Shown: positions 9,601 to 16,527 of the stretch, piece by piece
Layout of the letters: every line of letters begins with the position of its first letter
Position numbering within the stretch: the first letter of the stretch is position 1
Source: a virus
IMG/VR virus record: IMGVR_UViG_3300012929_000002
Length of the DNA: 61,592 nt
Reading direction: 5' to 3' (one strand)
The notes under the pieces: generated by a model
Seen by the model: only the letters and a program-made list of their open reading frames with translations
Database searches by the model: none
Told to the model about the DNA's origin: nothing
Translations under genes and position numbers: made by a program

Positions 9601-9935
9601 AGCGTACTCGCTCCGGCCGGGACGAGGCCGAAATTATTAAGGAGCTCAAGGATCCGCACTTGCTCGATAGTTGTGTGTTGCGCTGTTACGACGACGGCCC
9701 GGAGGATGTATATCTCAGGATTAACCGTTGGTCGTTTCCGCCCTTGGCGGAAGCGCTGGAGGAGATAGTTCCTAACGAAGATATCGTAATGTGTGTCGGA
9801 TATAAGAGAGAGAACGACTTCGGAGTGTCGCTACAGGTTAACGATCTCATCGTAGTAGCGCCGGACGAAGAAGAAATAGGGATAGATTACGTCAAGGAGG
9901 AAGAGGATGTCGAGCTCGAAGAGGCTGTCGGATAA
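6672..9935 (+). CDS. dnaE: DNA polymerase III alpha subunit (DnaE-type, PHP domain)
   Basis: PHP motif HSHTTFSYGDG, GPARGSAAASLICYLLRITEVDP and FERFLDVSRDDFPDIDLDF. 1087 aa. Confidence 0.93.
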   Translation: MAYTFFSPHSHTTFSYGDGFGTPEDHAMRLVELGAPGAVLTEHGNVSSHAQWEKACNKHGLHAAFGCELYTAPPGELSKWHLTAIAETDEGYRNLCRLVSRSWAEGFYRWPTTHSNMLLDHSEGMMITSGCSDSLLACTLLGGKSLGEKREAASSEDIVRAEGVVRWFSSVYGDGYYLEVQRFPELARTRTLNRIYAELSRRTGVPLVATADVHYPKPNQNEMQKILHAALRGGGKTVEGIEQEWEYDIRLSYPLSDRQVVGQLVATGLTRRQALGAVAASAEIGQRAKVVLPKNERIVYPTEPGQTVEEMMWEWLRDGWRYRWKQNAHLRADPQAYHNQLKYESGIVIDKKYVSYFLMISEAVRWAKDHGIAVGPARGSAAASLICYLLRITEVDPLQFPHMMFERFLDVSRDDFPDIDLDFADDRRDELRQHLVEVWGADRVGNIGNFVRYRGKNSIDDVARVYRVPKWAAEKVKSLILDRSGGDARQSDSLADTFDFFPTAKAIVEQFPALRHAIDLEGGYRGMSVHAAGLVVSSTPISDTCALYTREMHGKPVTVLAYDKKSAEQVGMLKVDLLGLSTMSMIARALEIIGMSLEELYTIPLDDPKTLASFKNTDVVGIFQFEGRAQRVITKDVSPDNFLHLADINALSRPGPLFSGVAAEYVARKHGRHEIESLHPIVDRVTDFTYGTIVYQEQVLTIIKEIGGFPVAKVGDIRRIISQKLGEASMNNMRQEFQSGARRLHGIKENLSGRIWRQMVTSANYSFNIAHCISYSMLGFWCMWLKVHHPLAFYAAQLAKVNDDKRPRLMKDAMDHHISILPPHPARSGLTWTPVRSKSAVRAGLTQMPGIAVKKGEAMLLERKAILDNAKKTLAPGHHVSDIAPWKWDDYLAVRGIGKKTIEKMKAFAADPDPFGLLRVRTTLENYRAGIRGRRAGYRGLPTPTHTSGSMPDGAIEEVVWMGFCLSKNYQNAVEKERTRSGRDEAEIIKELKDPHLLDSCVLRCYDDGPEDVYLRINRWSFPPLAEALEEIVPNEDIVMCVGYKRENDFGVSLQVNDLIVVAPDEEEIGIDYVKEEEDVELEEAVG

Positions 9936-10347
9936 GAAGGAGTTCTTCACGCTCTCGGACATTAACGAATGGGTGGCGGAGGCTTATCGTATGGGAATGC
10001 CGCCAGACGCCATCGTTCGGGCCAACGTTACTTTCCGTGGTCGTATCCGGGAGATCTGGGCAAGTGATCAGGAGAAGGCTCCGACGCTCAAATTGTCCGA
10101 GCATCGAGCGAGCTGTCACGGCCCCATCGGAGAACTTCAGTGTGGCGGTCACCATTACTGGGAGGAGGACGCTAAGCAAGAAGCGTCATATCCGGAAGGT
10201 TCTCAGGACACCGAACCGCCAGCTCCCTACTATATACCGCGTCAACAGCTCACGCCCAACGGCCCGTTGCATGGCGGCTTTACTGTCGTTGAGGGTAAGC
10301 CCGGTGCGGAAACCCTGTCAGAACGACCGACGCACGAGGACGAGTGA
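9907..10347 (+). CDS. Hypothetical protein (146 aa)
   Basis: Track ORF with AAGGAGGAAGAGG before the ATG. Overlaps the dnaE 3' end by 29 nt. Confidence 0.5.
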   Translation: MSSSKRLSDKKEFFTLSDINEWVAEAYRMGMPPDAIVRANVTFRGRIREIWASDQEKAPTLKLSEHRASCHGPIGELQCGGHHYWEEDAKQEASYPEGSQDTEPPAPYYIPRQQLTPNGPLHGGFTVVEGKPGAETLSERPTHEDE

Positions 10348-10544
10348 TGACAGCTCATATTCCTAATCCTAGCGGTGTTTCCGCCGGGCAGTTGTTCCGT
10401 ATCCTTACCGCCGAGCAGCGAAGAATTATTGTTCAGGCCTTTGTGCAGGCATCGGAGGTGGTGATCAATCTAAATCAGGGCCAGCTCCCGGAAGGGTATC
10501 TGGAGACGGCGCAGGAAATTAGACGCAATTGGAACGGCAAATGA
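10344..10544 (+). CDS. Hypothetical protein (66 aa)
   Basis: Track ORF. Start overlaps the upstream stop (GTGATGA). Confidence 0.5.
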   Translation: MMTAHIPNPSGVSAGQLFRILTAEQRRIIVQAFVQASEVVINLNQGQLPEGYLETAQEIRRNWNGK

Positions 10545-10621
10545 TCAAGTATTGGGTAACGGTGCTGGTAGTGGTACTTGCGTGCGCGGGTACCGCCGGG
10601 GTAGGGTACTTAATGGGTTAA
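10541..10621 (+). CDS. Hydrophobic micro-ORF (26 aa, MIKYWVTVLVVVLACAGTAGVGYLMG)
   Basis: ATGA overlap with the upstream stop and a single TM-like stretch. Below the track size cutoff. The TAGGGTAC motif lies inside it. Confidence 0.3.
   Translation: MIKYWVTVLVVVLACAGTAGVGYLMG
10598..10609 (+). promoter_or_regulatory. GGGGTAGGGTAC promoter-like motif, preceded by the TGCGCGGGTACC half-operator (10583-10594)
   Basis: Motif copy 36 nt upstream of the 10642 start. The 12-nt half-site is identical to 48073-48084. Confidence 0.4.
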
Positions 10622-10641
10622 AGCCCAATTAGGAGGGCAAT

Positions 10642-11010
10642 ATGGAGCAATTATTCTATATCGCGGGCCCGATATTTGGCAAGGGGATGGATCTCAATCT
10701 TCCCGAATTTGAACGAGTGGCCCGATTGGCAAAGCTCAAACTGGGATGCCGTACTCTTATTCCGCACAATATTGAGCCATATGGCCATGCCGGCAAGTGT
10801 CCGCCCGGGCGGCAGACCGAGGCCGAACAGCACGCGGCACCTTGTCATATGCGAGCGGATATCCGAGCTATGCTCATGTGCGACGGCATCATACTATTGC
10901 CGGGGTGGCAGACGAGCCAAGGTGCTCAGTTAGAGATGCAGGTGGCTTCGGCCTGCGGCCTTTCAGTATATCAGGCCGGTCATTTGGATACGCTAGCTCA
11001 AATCTGTTAG
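10642..11010 (+). CDS. DUF4406 / nucleoside 2-deoxyribosyltransferase-like protein
   Basis: FYIAGPIFG...CDGIILLPGWQTSQGAQLEMQVASACGLSVY matches the YIAGP...GW.xSxGAxxE pattern of that family. AGGAGGG RBS. Confidence 0.55.
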   Translation: MEQLFYIAGPIFGKGMDLNLPEFERVARLAKLKLGCRTLIPHNIEPYGHAGKCPPGRQTEAEQHAAPCHMRADIRAMLMCDGIILLPGWQTSQGAQLEMQVASACGLSVYQAGHLDTLAQIC

Positions 11011-11018
11011 GAGGGCTA

Positions 11019-11099
11019 ATGTTGTGGAGAGTGCTAGTAGTGGCAGCGGTCGTGGCGATAATCGTCGCAATCGGCCTGGCTCGCGGATTTATTCACTAG
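11019..11099 (+). CDS. Hydrophobic micro-ORF (26 aa, MLWRVLVVAAVVAIIVAIGLARGFIH)
   Basis: AGGAGGG (11010-11016) precedes the ATG. Single TM-like stretch. In frame with the tail of track ORF 10797..11099. Confidence 0.4.
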   Translation: MLWRVLVVAAVVAIIVAIGLARGFIH

Positions 11100-11401
11100 A
11101 CGATCTACCGACGATAGCTCGGGACATTCTGGCTCGTTTAGCGCAAGCTGGATTCGATGTAGATAACGAACAGCCGCGCCAGATTATGTGTGTCGCGGAA
11201 GAGGCCGGAGAATTCGTCGGGGCGTGGCGCAGGTATTACGGCTGGGCGCGGCGGAGCGGCACGAAGGGCGATATGGCCAGTGAACTGGCCGACCTTATCA
11301 TTGTGACTTTTATTGCGGCCGAAGTTACTGATATTGATGTTATGGCCGCCCTGGAGTCAAAGTTAGAGAAAATCTACACGAGAGGATGGAAAGATGCTTG
11401 A
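11024..11401 (+). CDS. MazG-like nucleoside triphosphate pyrophosphohydrolase
   Basis: EEAGEFVGAW (EExxE) and ELADLIIVTF (ExxD) motifs. The start is uncertain because the 5' end overlaps the micro-ORF. Confidence 0.6.
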   Translation: MESASSGSGRGDNRRNRPGSRIYSLDDLPTIARDILARLAQAGFDVDNEQPRQIMCVAEEAGEFVGAWRRYYGWARRSGTKGDMASELADLIIVTFIAAEVTDIDVMAALESKLEKIYTRGWKDA

Positions 11402-11723
11402 CGAAGTTAAGAAGGAGATCGATCAGAAGTTCTCGGAAGGGGATTTGACCCGAGCTATCTTCATCGCTGGGGGATTCTTTAGTGCCTGCTGGACGGGGAA
11501 GCAAGAGGGCCGGTTCGACAACGAAAACGCCGAGGCTATGGCGGACTTTCTGTCCGAACGCATTAACGCTCATGTCCGGCGCGAGATCCAGCGAGGATTG
11601 TCGGGAGTTCAGGTAGACGCGCATATCGTCAAGACGGGGCTATCCGGCCCGACTACGGACCCACACAGTGCGGGGAGCGGTCGGCACAATCCCGAGGCAG
11701 AACATCGAGGTTCCGAGAGATGA
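11394..11723 (+). CDS. Hypothetical protein (109 aa)
   Basis: Track ORF that overlaps the upstream 3' end. Confidence 0.55.
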   Translation: MLDEVKKEIDQKFSEGDLTRAIFIAGGFFSACWTGKQEGRFDNENAEAMADFLSERINAHVRREIQRGLSGVQVDAHIVKTGLSGPTTDPHSAGSGRHNPEAEHRGSER

Positions 11724-12079
11724 CGCAGATCGGTAATCCTCTATACGACTACCCGGACCCAGTAGCCGTAATCCCACGAAATGGAGTTACGGTGAATAAG
11801 AATCTTCAGGACAGAATGACGGTTCTCGAGGTCGCCGTCGGTACGGCTATGTGGGCGCACGGCAAAGTAAAGATCCCTCGAGATGCGCTAACTCGAACAT
11901 GTCTTGACCTGCTCGGAATGTTCGGGGATGAGCGCTGTAATCTGCTCAGCAGCACTACCTACGGGCAGTTCTACAGCGGACAGGTAGGAACGCCACATAC
12001 AGTTCACATGCCCGCCGCTGATCAGGTGGCGAAGATGGCTCCGGGTCCGGAAGAATACAAGGACGGAAACTGCGTCTAG
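11720..12079 (+). CDS. Hypothetical protein (119 aa)
   Basis: Track ORF with ATGA stop-start overlap. Confidence 0.55.
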   Translation: MTQIGNPLYDYPDPVAVIPRNGVTVNKNLQDRMTVLEVAVGTAMWAHGKVKIPRDALTRTCLDLLGMFGDERCNLLSSTTYGQFYSGQVGTPHTVHMPAADQVAKMAPGPEEYKDGNCV

Positions 12080-12091
12080 AAAAGTTGGGCG

Positions 12092-12111
12092 GGCAGCCCT
12101 CCGGGGCTGCC
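12092..12111 (+). terminator. Hairpin terminator candidate (GGCAGCCC-tccg-GGGCTGCC, then TTGCCTT)
   Basis: 8-bp GC stem and a tetraloop, 13 nt after the stop at 12079. Confidence 0.55.
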
Positions 12112-12136
12112 TTGCCTTAGAAAGAAGGGAGAATCA

Positions 12137-12691
12137 GTGGTTAAGGTAAGGCGTCACGCTACCGGAGCGTCTCTTTCCAATCCGAATAACGCCCCTATGG
12201 ACACTCCTAAATCCCGAGGTCAGGATAAGAAGAAGGCTCGAGAGCCTCGACACGAAGGACCGACCCTAGACCCGCTGGTAGCGGCACGAGTGCTACGCGC
12301 TGTGCTAGCCGATCATGCGTTCCGCAAGGCCAGTGGCTACGTGCCCGACCCCGCTACCGGCTATACCGATGTAGCCGCCCAGACGCTCAATATTATCGAC
12401 GCCCTAGGACTTAAGATTCCGGGATTTGTTACTGTCGTAGAGCCTAACGGCGGTGGTGTTGCGCATGTCCCGCGAGATCAGTGGGATGTTTGGCAAGGAG
12501 AGCTTTATCAGGCTAATCTCCGACGCATCCGACGCAGAGAAATGGAGCGAGGCGAGGTTCTAACCGAGGAAGAAATCGCCCGTCTAGCCGGTACTCGGAT
12601 AGAAGACGACGCAGTACTGCGCGAAAACGTTAGTGAATGGATAGAGCGCCTCCGAGCCGGCGCCGAAACTTGGGAGGAAGAAGATGAGTGA
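12137..12691 (+). CDS. Hypothetical protein (184 aa)
   Basis: Track ORF with a GTG start after AAGGGAG. Confidence 0.55.
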   Translation: MVKVRRHATGASLSNPNNAPMDTPKSRGQDKKKAREPRHEGPTLDPLVAARVLRAVLADHAFRKASGYVPDPATGYTDVAAQTLNIIDALGLKIPGFVTVVEPNGGGVAHVPRDQWDVWQGELYQANLRRIRRREMERGEVLTEEEIARLAGTRIEDDAVLRENVSEWIERLRAGAETWEEEDE

Positions 12692-14069
12692 AGATCGGTG
12701 GGCGCACGTTAAGCCAGTGCTATGTGAGCACATTACGGCCAATCACGTGGCGCACGAGTGGAACGACGCAGACGGCTTGCGCAAGAAGTGTCCCGGGAGG
12801 CAGGATATTCCTTTCGACGCCTATCCCGGACACGTCGAGTCGAGCGGGCAGGACGTCTACTCCGCCCCGCTGATCGAGGTGGGCAAGACGATACAGCGCT
12901 GGGCGGATAACGCGATGTTCAGTGCCGCACCGCTGGACAAGGAAGAAGGTCCGAAAGTCTACCTGCTCAGCATGACGCCGGATCCGCTAGGCACTATCGC
13001 GGCGGTCAATCAGATGTACGTCGGCAAGCCGGTGCGCAGCCTGGCGGACGTGACCGACAACGAGCGGCGCGAGCACTGGCAGCGCGTCATTAAGACCCGC
13101 CTCAAGGCGCCGTTCGAGTTCGTCAAGTTCCACTTCATGATCGAGGGAGTGACGCGTGCCTTCACTCACCAGATGGTCCGCCAGAGGACTGCGACGTTCG
13201 CTCAGGAAAGCTTGCGTTTCGCTGTTGTTGAAGATGATTTCACTAGCCGAGTGGCTCTACCGCCAAGCCTAGCCGGCACCACCGGAGAAATGTTCCAGGA
13301 GCGTGCTCGCATTGTCAAGAAGTACAGACAGCTCACGCGTTACGGAGACGACCACGGCACTCAGGTTCCGCATCCCAGCTGGACTGAGTGGCAGGAGTTC
13401 ACGGCGCGCTGTAGCGAAATGGAGCGCAAGCGGTACCGTTGGGACCTTGCGCTGGAAAAGGCGCAGGACAGTTACTCGCAGATGATAGAAGACGGTATGC
13501 CCGCCGAGGACGCGCGAGGGCTACTGCCGACCAATATCCTCACGCGGCTGCACTACACGACGGACCTGCGGGCTCTGCTGGAGCACGCCGGCAACCGATT
13601 GTGTACTCAGGCTCAGTTCGAGTGGCGGCTGGTCTGGGCTCGGATGATCGAGGCGATCCGAGACTACCGGGGCATCTATCGCGCCGACGTCTCGGGAGAG
13701 CTAGGTGGTCCTCCTGGGACAACAACGCGAACCCGGTCTAGCGACTGGCAGCAGGAGGAGATCTCTAAGCTGTTCAAGCCGATCTGCTATCAGACCGGCA
13801 AGTGCGAGTTCATGTCTCCGGACGACAGGGCGTGTTCAATTCGGGCTCGCGTACAGGTCAATGCTGAAATCGGTCGAAAGCCCGAACAGTGGGCAGAGGA
13901 ATATGATGAAGTTGAGGGAAATCCTATCATGTCCGGCTTTGGTCCACAGAGCGTCGTTCGAGAGCACACCGGTAAGCCCGTATTCATTGGAGCTATTAAA
14001 CCGGTCGAGTGGCTAGCGGACCCGACGGCGGCTAGGCGCGATGGGGGTGGACACATTGGCCGCTCTTAA
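12684..14069 (+). CDS. thyX: ThyX-like flavin-dependent thymidylate synthase, atypically long (461 aa)
   Basis: ThyX signature with His->Gln: VRQRTATFAQES (RHRx7S pattern). Also LRALLEHAGNRLCTQAQFEWR (the AQxEIR region). Confidence 0.7.
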   Translation: MSEDRWAHVKPVLCEHITANHVAHEWNDADGLRKKCPGRQDIPFDAYPGHVESSGQDVYSAPLIEVGKTIQRWADNAMFSAAPLDKEEGPKVYLLSMTPDPLGTIAAVNQMYVGKPVRSLADVTDNERREHWQRVIKTRLKAPFEFVKFHFMIEGVTRAFTHQMVRQRTATFAQESLRFAVVEDDFTSRVALPPSLAGTTGEMFQERARIVKKYRQLTRYGDDHGTQVPHPSWTEWQEFTARCSEMERKRYRWDLALEKAQDSYSQMIEDGMPAEDARGLLPTNILTRLHYTTDLRALLEHAGNRLCTQAQFEWRLVWARMIEAIRDYRGIYRADVSGELGGPPGTTTRTRSSDWQQEEISKLFKPICYQTGKCEFMSPDDRACSIRARVQVNAEIGRKPEQWAEEYDEVEGNPIMSGFGPQSVVREHTGKPVFIGAIKPVEWLADPTAARRDGGGHIGRS

Positions 14070-14180
14070 TAGGTGCAGTGTCAAGCGGTGTAAGTGGCCG
14101 CACGTGCGTTGTACGGCGGCAGGCTGGCCCAACCCACATCGGGGCTATCACCAGTGGCTCTGGCTAACTTGGAGGTCGTA

Positions 14181-14372
14181 GTGAAGCATCTCAAGATTAC
14201 TTTCGTGGACGGCTCTGAGGAGGAGCTAGAAGCTAAGTATGATCGCGCCAGAACCGCGGACGGAGTTTTGCTAACGACTAGTAATGAAGGTTATACGACT
14301 CGAGAGCTAACTGGACCGAGCTATCCGCTAGTCAACATCAAGAAATACGAGTGGGTGGAGGGATACAAGTAA
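14181..14372 (+). CDS. Hypothetical protein (63 aa; the longer track ORF starts at 14094)
   Basis: GTG after TTGGAGG, in frame within track ORF 14094..14372. Confidence 0.45.
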   Translation: MKHLKITFVDGSEEELEAKYDRARTADGVLLTTSNEGYTTRELTGPSYPLVNIKKYEWVEGYK

Positions 14373-14662
14373 TGGCCGAGGGTCCCGAGTATAACACCGA
14401 TAGCGAGGCGTTCAAGGCCGTCAAGGCAGACCTCCAAGGGGCGGTGGAGGCATATTTCCGCGTCTGTAACGAGGAAAATGACACTCAGTATATGGTCACG
14501 CACTGGGTTTTGATGTGCGAGGGTGTAGTTATGAACGAGGATAATTCGGTGGTGGTATTTCGAGAGCCTAGTAATCCCAGTCCTAGCCACAGCAAACAGA
14601 TGGGTCTACTCCGATACGGACTAATTCGCCTTGAGAAAGAAGTAATGTCCGATGACGAATAA
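14372..14662 (+). CDS. Hypothetical protein (96 aa)
   Basis: ATG overlaps the upstream TAA (TAATG). In frame within track ORF 14351..14662. Confidence 0.5.
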   Translation: MAEGPEYNTDSEAFKAVKADLQGAVEAYFRVCNEENDTQYMVTHWVLMCEGVVMNEDNSVVVFREPSNPSPSHSKQMGLLRYGLIRLEKEVMSDDE

Positions 14663-14672
14663 GGAGTACCCG

Positions 14673-14924
14673 ATGTCAGTGCCGCCGAAGTATCGACCGA
14701 ACAAACTGTCTGACGAAGTAAAGACGTACATTGTCATCGACGTCCACGATCGAGCTCGTGAATGGACGGGTAATCTCAATCAGATATTTGAAGAATTCCA
14801 GGATATGGAGAAGCCCTTCTTCGTAATGGACGGAGGTGGAGTAGTCCAGCTAATCTACGTCGTTAGTATTGACGACATCGATAGCTTCACGGCGGACGAA
14901 GAGGAGGAAGATGCAGAAGAGTAA
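14673..14924 (+). CDS. Hypothetical acidic protein (83 aa)
   Basis: AAGGAG lies 6 nt before the ATG. In frame within track ORF 14652..14924. Confidence 0.5.
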   Translation: MSVPPKYRPNKLSDEVKTYIVIDVHDRAREWTGNLNQIFEEFQDMEKPFFVMDGGGVVQLIYVVSIDDIDSFTADEEEEDAEE

Positions 14925-15084
14925 TCACTTCCGGGCTGGAGGAGCAGTAGTGAGCGTTATCTTCCGAGATAAAGATGCCGAGGCGATTTCAGACGCGTTG
15001 CTGCGGGATATTAGTCTCGGAATATATAAATATGACGAACCTATAGAAGTCTGGGAGAACGAGGGAGGATCGTGTGAAGATTAA
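14911..15084 (+). CDS. Hypothetical protein (57 aa)
   Basis: GAGGAGGAAG immediately before the ATG. In frame within track ORF 14869..15084. Confidence 0.4.
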   Translation: MQKSNHFRAGGAVVSVIFRDKDAEAISDALLRDISLGIYKYDEPIEVWENEGGSCED

Positions 15085-15814
15085 GCCTTGGGATGGCGAT
15101 GAGTTTCTAGACGCGCCGACTGTAGTCTCTTTTGATATGGGGGGCATGACCGGTTGGTCCGCCTGGGAAGTACATCCCGAGGCGCTTACCGATCCTACGG
15201 TAAAGATCCTGGACAATGTGGAACACCACACCTGGGGAGAAATTGATTCTCGAGGCCCGGATGCCGAAGTCTCCTGCGCCAAGGAGGCTCTTGAGATAGT
15301 CCGTGGATTTCCGGGCTGTGCAGTTCTGATGGAAGACTTTATCCTACAAATGTATAGTAAGGGGCGCGACCTTCTGACTCCGGTACGTCTTAATGCGATG
15401 CTCGATTTCGCGTTAGAGGTCAATCTAGGCGTGACGGTGACACACCGACAGATGGCCAGCGAGGCAAAGGCAACCGTGACAGACGCTCGGCTCAAACTAT
15501 GGGGGTTCTACACTAGCGCCGGCGGACAAGAGCACGCCCGAGACGCGGATAGGCACGCCATCCTATTTCTTCGCAAAGCAAAGGATCCTAAACGCGGCGC
15601 CCTCCGCCGGGCGGCGTGGTGGCCTCATATCTACGGCATAGGCGCGCCCTATTACATAGCCCCGAAGAATGATTTAGCGGGCCAGACCGTAATTCTCCAG
15701 AACGATAAAGGGAAGGATCCAGAATACTTAGCCGGCCTGATGCCCACCTTTAAGGCGCCGATGGCGCGCGGCGGAAAAATCGGCAGTGTCCGTAACACAA
15801 GGAGAACAGGATGA
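15074..15814 (+). CDS. RuvC-like Holliday junction resolvase
   Basis: VVSFDMGGMTGWS (N-terminal Asp), LMEDF and ARDADRHAILFL match the RuvC-fold acidic residues. GGAGG RBS and GTG start. Confidence 0.6.
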   Translation: MKIKPWDGDEFLDAPTVVSFDMGGMTGWSAWEVHPEALTDPTVKILDNVEHHTWGEIDSRGPDAEVSCAKEALEIVRGFPGCAVLMEDFILQMYSKGRDLLTPVRLNAMLDFALEVNLGVTVTHRQMASEAKATVTDARLKLWGFYTSAGGQEHARDADRHAILFLRKAKDPKRGALRRAAWWPHIYGIGAPYYIAPKNDLAGQTVILQNDKGKDPEYLAGLMPTFKAPMARGGKIGSVRNTRRTG

Positions 15815-16059
15815 GCAAAGAACCAGGCAACCCCCGAGGTGTGTTTATAAGAAACGGAGATAAGACTTACGACTACCTAAAAGCGAATAGTTTTAGGATG
15901 CTAGGAGACGGCACTGTAATTCTTACAGATAGTTCATCGGTGGACGTAGTGGTATATAGACTCCACGAATGGTCTTCTGTGGGATTTATCGATCATCGTC
16001 CTACGGTCGGAATAAATACACAGAAAGTCTCTGAAGACGAGACCCTGAGTAATGCCTGA
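15811..16059 (+). CDS. Hypothetical protein (82 aa)
   Basis: Track ORF with ATGA overlap. Confidence 0.55.
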   Translation: MSKEPGNPRGVFIRNGDKTYDYLKANSFRMLGDGTVILTDSSSVDVVVYRLHEWSSVGFIDHRPTVGINTQKVSEDETLSNA

Positions 16060-16216
16060 TCGCAGAGATTTTGCGAAAAGCGACGGACCTATCAGATCAG
16101 TAATCTGTTATCTGGTATGGCTACTGGCTGTCACAATGATAGGAGTAGTGGCCGTCGCGGAGCTAATTAAGCGCAGGTTCAAAGCGATCACCGCAGGTAG
16201 AAAAGCCGGCGCGTAA
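16052..16216 (+). CDS. Small membrane protein (54 aa)
   Basis: ATG overlaps the upstream 3' end. Central TM stretch VICYLVWLLAVTMIGVVAVAELI. Below the track cutoff. Confidence 0.4.
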   Translation: MPDRRDFAKSDGPIRSVICYLVWLLAVTMIGVVAVAELIKRRFKAITAGRKAGA

Positions 16217-16238
16217 ACTGGTACGCCTAAACGCAAAA

Positions 16239-16264
16239 CCCCCGGTGGTGTGGTTCACCGGGGG
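16239..16264 (+). terminator. Hairpin (CCCCCGGTG-8 nt-CACCGGGGG)
   Basis: 9-bp GC stem after the 16216 stop. An A-run lies upstream but no T-run downstream, so terminator function is uncertain. Confidence 0.4.
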
Positions 16265-16527
16265 TGAGCGTCCCGCCGACGAGCAGGAGTTGGAACGTGC
16301 CCCAGTATACCAGGCGTTGCTGTATTCATCCTGATCATACTCTCTGTAAGTTCCCGCGAGTGACAGGTAAAGAAGGAACGGAAGGGGCAGGAAGTGGCGC
16401 TTGTTGCCTACACTGGGAAGGTCAGAAATGCCCTTGGGATCCTTGGGCACTAGACGAGAGTGACCTGCCTGATAGAAATCACTGGGATAGAGTTCAGAAG
16501 GCTGTTGAAAAGGCTATGAGGGCATGA
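16264..16527 (+). CDS. Doubtful ORF (87 aa, Cys/Trp-rich)
   Basis: Track ORF with ATGA coupling to the primase gene at its 3' end, but no convincing RBS and odd composition. Confidence 0.3.
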   Translation: MSVPPTSRSWNVPQYTRRCCIHPDHTLCKFPRVTGKEGTEGAGSGACCLHWEGQKCPWDPWALDESDLPDRNHWDRVQKAVEKAMRA

